From Microbotryum violaceum (taxonomy: Eukaryota), in contig CDLV01000015.1 in assembly GCA_001244265.2 (NCBI GenBank), forward strand, positions 682,001-746,000: a stretch of DNA of 64,000 nucleotides, in the 5' to 3' direction. The position numbers and the translations under genes were made by a program. Below are positions 38,314 through 54,623 of this stretch, piece after piece. How positions within the stretch are numbered: position 1 is the stretch's first letter; each line of letters starts with the position of its first letter. A model generated the notes under the pieces. That model saw only the letters and a list, made by a program, of their open reading frames with translations. It did not search any database and was not told where the DNA came from.

Positions 38314-41300
38314 ATGTCGGGCGCCAACGCCACAGGCCGTCGCAAGCCATTGGACACCCGCATCCCCATCCTCATCGCAAAGTGAGCGTCCGCACCCCAC
38401 GCTCCAAACTTGCCCTTCTGATCCTGACTGACCCGCTCCCTTCCATCCCCAAAGCTCACTTCAAACCTCGCACCGCTCCTTCTTCCTCTTGCTCGGTGAT
38501 CGCGCAAAGGCCCATGCCCAGATCGTGAACTTGCACTTTCTGCTCGGCCAATCCATCGCCGGACTGGCCAACCCTACCGATGGTCAGTCATCCCAGCTCT
38601 CATCCCGTTCAGAGAAGAGAACATCCTGACTTCCGCCCACCTCGGACGTCCCCCACAGCCCAAAAAAAGAATCCTCGTCCGAACGTGTTATGGTGCTACA
38701 AGAAGGAACTTGGTTTCACCTCGAACCGTAAGAAGCGCGAAGGCAAGATCAAGCGCGACATCAAGCGCAACCAACGCGACGTCGGCGAGATGGACCCCTT
38801 TGAACTCTTTGTCAGCGTTACCGACGTGCGCTACACCTACTACAAGGACACCCACAAGATCCTTGGTCAGACCTTCTCGATGTTGATCTTGCAGGATTTC
38901 GAAGCGATTACCCCGAATTTGCTGGCGAGGACGATCGAGACCGTGCAGGGGGGAGGGATCGTCGTTTGTCTTTTGCAAGGCATGAAGAGTCTCAGGGGCT
39001 TGTACAGCATGACCATGGTCAGTCCAACTACACCAAGCACAGAATTCGAATTTGCTGTTTACGAACCACGTTCCCTTCCTGCAGGACGTGCACTCTCGCT
39101 ATCGATCATCGACCTCGACCGCAGCACCCGTTGCTCGCTTCAACGAACGTTTCCTACTCTCGCTCGGCGCCAACCCGGCCTGCCTGGTCGTCGACGACGA
39201 ACTCAACGTTCTGCCCATCTCCGCGGGTAAGGATATTGTCGCGATCGACCCCGACTTCGGCGTCGGAGTTGGTCGCTCGGCCGGCAAGGGAAAACGAAAG
39301 GAAGCCCCAGGCGAAGCGGAATTGCAAGCACTAAAGGAAGGACTGAGCGATACCAAGGGCATCGGGGAGATCATTGCCCAAGCTCGTACCCTCGACCAGG
39401 CCAAGGCCATCTTGACCTTCACCGATGCCATCACCTCCAAGACCTTGTCCCAGACCGTTTCCTTGACCGCTGCCCGTGGTCGAGGTAAATCCGCCGCTTT
39501 GGGTTTGTCGATCTCGCTCGCCATCTTGCATGGATACTCGAACGTCTTTGTCACCTCGCCCAGTCCCGAGAACTTGAAAACCTTGTTTGAATTCATCTTC
39601 AAGGGCTTTGATCAGCTTGGGTGGGAGGAGCACCTCGACTATGACATCGTCCAGAGCACGAACCCGGAATGGAAGGGCGCCGTCGTCCGGGTCAACATTT
39701 TCCGACAGCACCGTCAAACGATTCAGTACATCCAGCCGCAAGACTTCCACGTCCTTGGCCAAGCTGAACTCGTCGTCATTGATGAGGCCGCGGCCATCCC
39801 TTTGCCCTTGGTGCGATCCCTCTTGGGGCCATACCTCGTGTTCATGGCTTCGACCATCAACGGTTACGAAGGCACAGGCCGATCGCTCTCTCTCAAGTTG
39901 TTGCAACAGTTGCGTGAAATGTCGCGACCGTCATCGGCGATGTCCGCACCCAGCTCAACCAACGGAGGCAACACCGACGACAAGGCGAGCGGATCGACCC
40001 CTCTCGCGACCGTTCGAACGTTGAAGGAGATCAAGCTCGAGACGCCGATTCGGTACGGCCCCGACGACTCTATCGAGAAATGGCTCAACGGTCTCTTGTG
40101 CCTCGACGCGACGATCTCGACCAGTCTCAAAAAGACGCTGCAAGGATGCCCCCATCCTTCGACATGCGAGTTGTTCTACGTCAACCGCGACACCTTGTTC
40201 TCGTTCCACCCTGCTTCCGAACTCTTTTTACAGAGGATGATGTCACTCTACGTCGCATCGCATTACAAGAACTCGCCCAACGACTTGCAACTCATGTCCG
40301 ATGCACCGGGCCATCACCTCTTTGTGCTGTTGCCGCCTCTGAAAGAAGGGGACAACACGCTCCCCGACCCGTTGGTGGTGATGCAAGTCGCGTTGGAAGG
40401 TAACATCTCCAAGCAGAGCGTGTTGGATAACCTCAGTCGAGGCAAGATGGCCGGAGGGGATTTGATCCCTTGGACCATCTCGCAGCAATACCAAGACGAT
40501 GACTTCGCTTCCATGTCCGGAGCGAGGATCGTGCGCGTTGCTGTCCATCCTGATTATGCCAAGATGGGGTACGGGTCAAGGGCACTGCAGGCGTTGAATT
40601 CGTTTTATAGTGGCGAGTTGCTCAATTTGGATGAAGTCGTCAAGGAGATGGATTTAGAGACGTTCGAGGACGTGGCCAAGGTTGACGAGGTGAGCTGGTC
40701 AGGCGGGATACAGACTCTCCGGCACCGGCTGATGAACTGATCTGTTGCCATGGCTCCACCTCACAGGACGCGACTCTTCAAACGGACCAAATCGCCATCC
40801 GTGACGCGAGCAAGATGCCACCCCTCTTACAACGCCTCTCGGAGCGTCAACCCGAGAACCTCGACTACCTTGGCGTATCGTACGGTCTCACCCCCCTTCT
40901 GTTCAAGTTCTGGAAACGCGCCGGTTTCTCCCCCTTGTACATCCGGCAAACGCAAAACGACTTGACGGGCGAACATTCTTGCGTCATGTTGCGTGGGTTG
41001 AACAAGAATCGTCAAGAAGTTGGGAGGTGGTTGGGTGCGTTCTCGTTGGATTTCAGGAAGAGGTTCATCGCGCTCCTGTCGTACAAGTTTAGGGAGTTCT
41101 CGACCGTTAGCGCTTTGAGTGTACTCGAAGCGGCGAACCAGGGCATTTACACCTCGACGACAGAAGAAGATGAAGAAAGACGTGTCGGCGGAGACGTTCT
41201 CGTCGGTTCGGAAGTCAAGTCCTTCTTCTCGCCCTTCGATCTGAAACGCTTGGATTCGTACGCTCAAAACATGCTCGACTACCACGTCATACTCGACCTA

Positions 41301-42012
41301 CTACCCACCTTGGCCGGATTGTACTTCTCCAAACGGTTCCCCGAAGACGTTCAACTCTCAGGCCTACAAGCTTCGATCCTGCTCGCTTTGGGTCTTCAAC
41401 GCAAGTCCGTCGAAGACGTCGAAAAGGAAACCGAGCACCAAGTCGCCGTTGCGCAATGCCTTGCCCTATTCTCCAAAACGATCCGCAAGTTGACCAAATC
41501 GCTACAAACTCTACAAAAGGAGGACGTTGCAAAACTCGTTCCGGACGCTTCCTTGGGGATGGATAAAAAGACCCAGGCGTTCGTGAACCAAGCCTCGGGT
41601 GCGTCGACGGCGGTCGTTAAGGGTGGCGTGCAGGGTTTGGAGGAGGAGTTGGATCAGGAGGGAAGGGAGGTGTTGAAGGCTTTGAAGGAGAGTCAGAGGG
41701 AGGTGATTGATTCGTTGGATTTGAAGCAGTGAGTCAGTCTTTCGTCCTCGTTGCGCGATGGGCATGCCGAAGGGGAACGCCCCGTAGCTGACAATCATGT
41801 CTTTCAGGTACTCGATCGCCGGGACCGAAGACGAATGGGCGCAAGCGCAGGCTCAACTCGCCAAAGGAAGTGGGGTCATCAGTATCAAAAACCCAGAATC
41901 GACCAAAGGGTTGAAGAGGAAATTGGGAGGGGAGGAGTCGAAGAAGGAGGAAGGGGGGAAGAAGCACAAGAAGGATAAGAAACATAAAGAAGGGAAGAAG
42001 GGGAAGAAATGA
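38314..42012 (+). CDS. KRE33: RNA cytidine acetyltransferase Kre33/NAT10 (18S rRNA and tRNA ac4C)
   Basis: RPNVLWCYKKELGF, ILQDFEAITPNLLARTIETVQGGG, TAARGRGKSAALG, LVVIDEAAAIP, STINGYEGTGR, HYKNSPNDLQ, ARIVRVAVHPDYAKMGYGSRAL, and a Lys-rich C-terminus. Confidence 0.97.
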
Positions 42013-42419
42013 AGGGATATGTGTGGGGTTGAGTTATTGTTTGGATTGATTCTCAATTATACATGCTCGTCATCGCTCGCATCAATCAGGGGCATGGGAG
42101 GTTGCATTGTGTCTACCAGGACTCTGGTTGGCACGTGGTGAACATTGGTGGTTAGGGATCGGCAAATTTCTTGCGCCCACATGAGCTGACTTCAGGGATG
42201 CAATCTCTGAAGAGCACTACAACATTACGACACGCGACACAGCCAAACAAAACAGGGTAGGCGATACGGATCGTCTGATCACCGTTTACCGAGCCCCGCC
42301 TTTGGGCGTGTCCGAGGCTTATCCGTGGCCCTATTGATAAGATAAGATGAGTACCGTCATACCGTAATCATGGTCAGCTACAAGCTTGTTCGGGATAATG
42401 CGAACGATCCAAGAGCTTC

Positions 42420-44108
42420 TTACATTTTCTCAACCATTTTTGACCGAACACCGGCAAAGATGGTGTCCAAGCTGCTGGGCGCACCGGACTTGTTCTTTGC
42501 GTTGTCAAAAGCGCTCGCAGACCCACCGGATTTGCGTCGCTTGACAACAGGGCCGTCGTCAAAGGACGAGTCCGAAATCGAGCCGTCGAGGTCCTCGTCG
42601 AGAGTGTGTTTTGATGGTCGTAGCAAGGTCACCACATCGTCCTCCAGCTCGGAAGTTTCCGCCTGCCCCGAGCGAGCTTTGGCTTTGGGTGCAGTATGTC
42701 TAGTAAAAAGTCAATCGATATTTCGTCAGTACCCTGTCGAGGAAGGATTCGTGATTAGGACTTACTTTCGGTCATTTGGCTTTTTCTTGACGGGCTGCTT
42801 CTCAGTCCGGACATTTTCGGCGTTCTGATCGTCGTGATCGGGAGACTCTTTCCTCTGCTGTCGGACCGCCACCGCCTTGGATCCCCTGGCTGACTTCGTC
42901 CTGGTAGCAGCTCGTTTGCTTGGGGCTTTGATGGTCGCGCGAGAGGTCGACGCGAGCGGCAGCATGGGCTCGTTGATTTCTTCGAGGTCAAGCTTTTCTG
43001 ACGCGGGAGGTGGCGGCGGCGACGATGAAATGCTCTGCGTAGCCGCAGGAGGTACCCTGCATATTTGAGTATATGCATCAGCGAGGTGACTGTAGGTGTC
43101 TCACTATTGAGAACTCAACTCACTTCTTCGCCAGCGCTTTAGGCTTGATGCGTCGCTCCACGACCTTGATCTCGGAATCGTCAGAATTAGCTTCGGGTTC
43201 GGGTTCGACCGCGGGTTTTCTTCGACGTATCGCCACGGCGCGGGATACCTTGACCGGCGCTACTTTCTTGGCTGGGACTCGCTTTGGCGGTGCTTTGGTC
43301 TTGCCTTTGGAAGTCGAAGCAATCAGAGGCGGGTCGGGCGGTGGGGGTGCTTCAACTTGAACAGGTTCGTCGACTTGTTCTACCTCACGGTCGGCTTCAG
43401 TTTCAGCGTTCGAGCGATGGCTCCCAAGAGGGGATGACGGCAGCGCGTTCCTCTTTCCGTTCCTCCTCTGATTTGATTTGGGGCCCGCGGACGCAGCTAC
43501 AGCAGCCTTGGTCTTGAGCGCGGCGGTGGTTGCCGTTGCCGCCGCGGAGCGCGTCGCGGAACGCGGAGTGGGTTGAAGGACCCGGGTCTTTGCGGCGACG
43601 GAGCTCTTTCTCGCGCTCTTCTTGGTCGACTCGGCTTTCGAGGGCGTCTTGGGCGTCTTCTTGGGCGTCTTTGGAGCCTTGGGGTTCTTGGGTCCCCCTG
43701 GTGTGGCATTCTTGGGGCGCCCGGCTCGACTATTGGCGCCGGGGACCGCGCTGAAGGACGGTAGCTTCGTCGGTCCACGCGTCAAGAGCGTGTTGAGATT
43801 ATTCCAAGTCTGCCTGTTCGGTCCGGCCAAAAGTTTGGGTAAAAGTCAGTTCGATACTCTCGGGGGGTCTCGCTGCTTTGTCGCATGCTAATCCAGGGTG
43901 ATGGCTCTCACCCAGCCGGTCCTCGCAGACGTGCTTGCCGTGCCTCGTCACGTGTTTGGGCTCCATCGAGATCGTCGGTCGTCGGGGTCTTGAGCCTCTT
44001 GATCGGCGAGTTGAACGTCGGTATACGGATCGAGGGGGCCTGGAAGGTGAAGATGGACGTGTTGACATTCTTGGCCGGGGTGCGACGGCGCGGAGTAGGC
44101 GGCGGCAT
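42420..44108 (-). CDS. Hypothetical Lys/Arg/Pro-rich low-complexity protein (probably nuclear), divergent from RCM1
   Basis: Consecutive minus-strand ORFs (43908-44108, 43120-43830, 42762-43050, 42420-42700) are separated by GT-AG introns. No family recognised. Confidence 0.55.
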
Positions 44109-44353
44109 TTGCTGTTCCGAGGATGACGAAAGCTGAGCCGGCTTAAGTAAAAGCGGGGAGGAGGCGGCCGCGGCGATCGGCTTGCCACTGCAGAGCTTGG
44201 CTTGCCTCGCACGGACCGCCCAGGCTCCCTTCTGGGACACCGGCGCGCGCTTCGCAGGCAACTTCGCAGCTAGTCGCAGGAGCTCGGCTGTCCGTCACCC
44301 CACCAGGAGTCGGACCACGTTCCCACTCCCGCACACCTACTCTCATCGGCAAC

Positions 44354-46975
44354 ATGGAGTTTTACAAGCGGTAAGCAGTCCCAACACTCCTTCAGCGAAT
44401 CTTCCTGCGATTCATCGCTCTACAGGATGCAGCATCCTTCGATTCGGCTCGACCCTCCGCTGCCGCTTTTCGGGCCAGACTAACGAACCCTCTCCGCACC
44501 CTCCCCGCGTAACTGTAACTTTCCTTCCATACAGAGCTGCGTTGATCCTCGATGCGCTGGATGAGAAGAAAGGTTCGGTCAAGGGTTTGTGCATGGCCGA
44601 GGCCAAGCGTTCGCGCGAAGGTCGACCGGGCGAAGCGGCTCGATTCCTCAAAGTCACCGTCGAGGTGCTCAAATGTCGGTCCTCCATACTCGGCTATTCG
44701 CCAGGCAGGTTTAGAAATTTGCGCTGATCGACTGGCGGATGCTCATCCTTCACAGACCGACCTCATTTGAAACATCTGCTAGATCACTCGGCGATCCTGA
44801 CCAAAGAACCGGTGCTCTTCGTCGCCCCCGTCACGACGACAGCGCCTACAAAAGGTATCCTTGAAGTCAAGTCCGCTGCGGCGGCGTCCAAGATGCTCAA
44901 GAAGCAAGAGGAGTATCAGAACAAGCGACGCGGGAAACAACAACGACCGCCACCGACGCCGGCCTCATTGGCGATGGTCATGATTCACGATATGCTCTTC
45001 GCCAAACGGGGCATCACCTTGCCCAAGGAGCACAAGGTCAGGAAACAGGTAGAGAGGTACAAGGTCTCGTGAGTCCCATCGCCTTCTTCGGACTGGTGGT
45101 GAGCTCGATGACTGAATCTGACCCATCTTGCTCGCGCTCCAACCCAGGATGGAGAAGGAGACTGAAAAGGAGAGAAAGCGCAAGCGTTGCTCGTCGAACG
45201 AAGGACTTCAAATCGCCTTGCCCGAGAACGTCGCGGCTTCGATCGAAGGGATAGGCAAAGGCAAGAAGCGTGCCAAGGATGCCGAGACGGGTGAGGATGC
45301 CGGCGCACTGGGATCGGTTCGATGGTTGAGGGTCAACACGCTCAAATGGACCGTCGAAGAGGCGGTCGAATGGTTCGATGATCAGAGGTGGGAGATGGTC
45401 AACGATGTGGAGACGATGATTGAGACGGCGTGAGTTTCGTCGTCGCTTTCTTCAACATTCAGGGTGCGAGAACTAATACCGATTGTTACTTGGTCGCATT
45501 CGAACCCCAGTCAAACAAAGTCCAAGGTCTTTGCTCTGGATGCTCATATTGAGCCTTTGCTTGCACTTCCTGCGTCGCTCTCCTTGCCTTCACTCGAACC
45601 CTTCAAGGACGGACGTCTGATCGCACAGGATAAAGCGTCGTGCATGCCCGCCTGGGTCCTTCTGTCTCATTTGCTTGCCGAAGAGGATCTCGAGCGAGAG
45701 CAGGAAGAGCAAGCCCAACTCGATGGAACGGCTCCCACGGACTCGTTGACCTTTGAAGAGCGCGGCGATCTCGAGCTACAAAAGAAGAAGAAGAGAGGCG
45801 TGAGGGTACTGGATGCGACGGCGGCACCGGGGAACAAGACGACGATGGCTGCTGCGATGGCGGGTGAGTTTGGCAAGGTCGTCGCCGTCGAGAGGGATCA
45901 GGGGAGGTTCAAGGTGCTCAAGGATATGTGCAAGAAGGCAGGCGCCAGCAGTGAGTTGTGCCTCTCACTGCAAACATCCATGCTAAAAATCGAGTTACTG
46001 AAGATACCACTGTCTTTCCTGCAGACGTCACACCGATGAACATCGATTTCTTGTCGATCGATCCCGCCGATATCAAGTTCAAGAACATCACTCACTTCCT
46101 CGTCGACCCGTCATGCTGTAAGCCATATTTCTACGTCTTTCGAGCTCATACGCTGACAGGGCTGTCTGGTTCCTTGTTCAGCCGGCTCTGGTATCCCGTC
46201 TCGGCTCGATCATCTGCTGCCCACCGAGCCTGAAGCCGAACAGGCGACCCGAATTCGAGCCTTGTCCAATTTCCAACTCACGATCCTATCCCACGCCATG
46301 CGATTCTCTGGTGCTCGTCGAGTCGTCTATTCGACGTGCTCGGTCTGGGCTCAGGAAGACGAGGGTGTCGTGATGCGTTTGTTGGCCAAGAAGGAGTTCC
46401 AGGACAAGGGGTGGCGATTGGCGACGAGGGACGAAGTGATCCCTACGTGGGAAAGGCGAGGGAGGGTTGAAGAATGCGGAGGGGATCAAAGTCAGTCCTG
46501 AGATCTAGTCTCAAGGTGTAGTGCTATCATTTGCGTGCTCACGAATATTTCTTTATCCGTTTCAGACATCGCCGACTCTGTAATTCGCTGCCTCCCCGAA
46601 GATCAATCCAACGGTTTTTTTGTCGCTTGCTTCATCCGAGATGAGGACGCTGCAATCGCTGGGGATCAATCGATGGATGGCGCGAACGTACTACCGAACG
46701 AAGCCAATGTTGAAGGCGAATCAACCGAATTGACCCACGCGCAACGACAAGAGTTGTTCAAGGCCAAGGCGCGCGCCAAGGGCGGTAAAGGTGGACCGAG
46801 GGGTGGAGGACAAGCTGTGACTTCGTCAACGTCTCCGACGAAATCGGCTCCCAAGAAGGTCGAAGCTGTGGTGGAGAAGAAGAAGTCAGGCAAGAAGGCG
46901 GCTTATCTTGCGGAGAAGAAGAGAAGGCAAGAGGAAGGGTCCGAAACGGCGGGCAAGAAGAATCGAGTAGACTGA
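44354..46975 (+). CDS. RCM1: 25S rRNA cytosine-C5 methyltransferase Rcm1/NSUN5, multi-exon
   Basis: MEFYK, RWLRVNTLK, LIAQDKASCMPA, VLDATAAPGNKTT, LVDPSCSGSG, VVYSTCSV.AQEDEGVV, NGFFVACF. Confidence 0.93.
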
Positions 46976-48276
46976 TCAGGTCTTTCGGGAGCCCTTACAG
47001 CAGCGGTACCAGGTCTTCCATTGTAATTATAGCCCGATCGAGTACTTTCCTGGAACTTTTTCAATGCTGTGAGGCTAAGCCTGAGGCTGAGGAGCGAGCT
47101 GCGCGGCTGCGGCCGCTCGACGGCAAAGTCGCGCTAGCACTGCGCAAAACCAATGAGAGGCGTCGGGCGAGGCGAATGGTAACCTAGCGCGTCTGGTCAG
47201 CCTCGTGGAAGCACAAAGAAAACTTCGAATACGTTCAAAAAAAGGTGAGTCGAAGTTGCAAATGGTTTAGCAGCCCAAAAGCGCAGGCTACCAACGTGGT
47301 CAGACTCCAGTGAACATGAACGAACTCGGAGAAAAGATCACTAGCTGCAAATGGGGCGAGAGGCAGCCCAAGACTGAGTTTCAGGCACAGTCAGACAAAG
47401 AAGAAAGTAGGCAAATGTCCGCTTTGTCACCGGTATCATCAGCATCGGACAATCCTGTGCGTCATCTCGTACAAGGCACGCGCGCCAGGGAGTCGCGACG
47501 ATGATGCGCACATGAACCAGTTGGCGCGACCAGCTTGGTCGGTGGCGAGATCACCGGGGGTCACCTACATTGTCTCGTACTTGATGACGCCTTCGTGGTG
47601 CTTTTTGAGGTGCTTTATGCCTTGAATGGCACCCGCAATGCCAAGTCCGATCGCCGCGCCGGCGGGACCACCGACGGCAGTGCCGGCAATGATGCCTGCG
47701 CCACTGCTTCTTGCCTTCTGCAGCGGGCAAGATTGTCAAAATGGGACTCGACAGCGGCAAGTATGAGAGTCGTCCTAGTCATGGATCAGGCCGTAAAAAG
47801 TACGTCAGAACCCAGGCCCAGCGTTGGGTCAGATTGCTTGTTCGGTCGTTCAGCGAATTGGTTATTGGACACAGGAACGCAAAGCAAAATAGGGACGAAG
47901 AGTGGGAATCGCACGGGGTGGAAGATCGCAATGTTGCGGTATGCTCAAACTTACCGGGTTCGCTCTTATGGTTCACGGAGGAGTCTACGGGTTTACTGAC
48001 CTATCTTGGGAACCCATCACACCCGCAGGCTGTTGTTCTCACCTGTGGGTTCTCGCCGAGTCAGCTCGTGCTCAGCGAAGCTTTTGTCAACTTTTGGGCC
48101 AGGCATGAAGCGAAGAACATGAAGCCCGACACGCCTCAACTTTCAGCCTTGAGCGATCATGCCGCACAAATGTTTGGTGAGTCAATTTTCTGGCTTTACC
48201 TCTGGCATGTTCAACGCCCCGCCGCTGACTGGTCGATAAACTACCGCTTGCGCGCCACTCCCAGGCCTGTTCTTTT

Positions 48277-48342
48277 TGTTGCAACAAGGACTAAGAGGTA
48301 CTCCACGACTCAGCTCCGAGATACACGAGTGAGATGATGAGA
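48277..48342 (-). repeat. Truncated 3' LTR of the copia element (terminal 66 bp only)
   Basis: Exact match to 52800-52865, fused directly to RNase H coding sequence; no PPT or U3. Confidence 0.93.
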
Positions 48343-52795
<4,453 letters not shown>

Positions 52796-52799
52796 AACC

Positions 52800-52989
52800 T
52801 GTTGCAACAAGGACTAAGAGGTACTCCACGACTCAGCTCCGAGATACACGAGTGAGATGATGAGAATAGCGTGGAGAAGGAACCCAGAAGGAAAAAAAGA
52901 CGCAAAGACAAAGATAGGCGCGCGCGCAGAATAAAGTATTAACCAAGACTAATAGCAATGAGTTAGGCTCTCAGACCCCACTTCTAACA
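52800..52989 (-). repeat. 5' LTR of the copia element (190 bp)
   Basis: Minus strand reads TGTTAG...GCAACA. Positions 52800-52865 are identical to 48277-48342. Confidence 0.93.
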
Positions 52990-53503
52990 CTTTTCATGGC
53001 AGCATCTTTGGGGCGGCACCTTGATACATTCCGAGGCCGGAACCAAGCATGATCAACAAGACACCGCCGCGAGCGCTCACGCCACGTCAAAATTGATGTG
53101 ATCTAAGACCACAGTCGACGAAGAGACGAGCAAGCTCGTCCGCACTTGTGCTTATCTCCGAGATGGTGGATCGACGGCCAATCTGGAGCAGTTCGAGGCC
53201 GGACTTGACTTGGAAAACATCGTCCCGAGCTTGATCGTAAGCCCTGCCTATTACAATTACTTTGGTGAAAGCCCTGCATCTCTATCCGGAGAGTACTAAC
53301 TCTGGTTTCTTTCCTTCCTGTACCTCGTTCGTGCAGGCCGCGAAGGACCTCTGCGGGCGGTCAAGGCAGTCCTGGAAGAGATGGGCTACAATGACGACAC
53401 CAAGTCGATCTGGAATAAGACGGCGTCTTTCTTCGCCTTCAAGCTCGCTCGTTATGCGACTCCAAACGAGGACGCCTCGCCCGAGGAAGAATCGGTACGC
53501 TTG

Positions 53504-53840
53504 CATCAGCAAAATGGCCAAACGCGCGTAAGCGCGCGAAACCTCGTAAAGCAGTCGTTAAGCGGCCTAAAGCTGCTCTTAAGCGCCCTTAACCACTCGT
53601 TAAGCCGCGCGCGCGTTAAGTGTACCCTAGATAAGGGACACTTACGGCGCACTTACGGCGCGCTTGCGGCGCGCTTAAGACTCCTCGCGCGCTTTGTTTG
53701 CATACGCAAAGCGGTCCGTAAGCGCTCTTATGCGCGTATGCGTCCTTATGCGCATCTTATGCACCGTTAAGCGCTGTTAAGCGCGCGTAATCTCGGGCGA
53801 ATCCTTAAGCGGGTTCGCGCGCGTGGCCATTTTGCTCCTG
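53504..53840. mobile_element. MITE-like non-autonomous TIR element (337 bp)
   Basis: Perfect 13-bp TIR agcaaaatggcca (53508-53520) / tggccattttgct (53824-53836), extendable to 17 bp with 2 mismatches. The interior is packed with TAAGCG/CGCTTA/CTTAYG motifs. Candidate 2-bp TSD TG. Confidence 0.8.
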
Positions 53841-54623
53841 TGAGCGAGTGGGGTTTGCTGCGCGACTTCTTGCACGAGAACGCCGCTCGCTTTAATTACC
53901 GCCCTCGCCCTTGATCATGAGCTCGCACCCGCTCTGGATGTAGCGTTCAGCGTGACTTGCTTTTGTTTATTTGCCATCTTTTTGAGTTATGCAAGGCGGA
54001 GATGAAATCGCATCTGTTTGTGTCTTGAGCGTTTAGTCCTTTTTTTCGATGTCTCAGCAAACACTTGAGTAGTGCAACCCTTCTTGAGCTGCATCCAATA
54101 CAAGAGTTCCCTCATAGCAAGCGAAACCCCACAACCACTTTCTGACCTCTGGAAAAAGTATTCGTGAAAGTGTGAGCTCGATCGCCCACTCGAGCTCGCG
54201 CGATCGCGATCAGAGATCAGCGGCTCAGCCGGCGCTTCTTCCGATCGCCGCCTGCGCGCTCGTTGCTTCGTCGCCGATCTCGGAGCACCACGAGGCTCCG
54301 AGTCCTCAGCTCGCTCTTCTTGCTTCTGACCACTTGACAGCACCTCTGTATATCGCGCCATCATTTTCCGTCCCTTGCTAAACCGCTCTTTACTCAAGAG
54401 ATCAGCTCCTCCGCTGGGCTCCCTCAGGCATTGCAACGTCGCCAGCACGAGTCGTCGCAGCCTCGATCCCAGCTGCCGCACCGTCAAAGTGACGTCGTCG
54501 TCATCGTCCTCGCCGCGCGTCGTCCCAGCCTCGCGTCGCACCGACTTGCTCTCCTTCTTCGAGATGCGACCTGTACCACCATCAACACTGCCCACATCTC
54601 ACTCGACAACTATTCCCACCAAC

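Noticed and set aside
1-47000. Many 60-300 aa ORFs overlapping or antisense to the annotated genes
   Set aside because: Expected shadow frames in GC-rich coding DNA; mostly GTG/TTG starts and no motifs.
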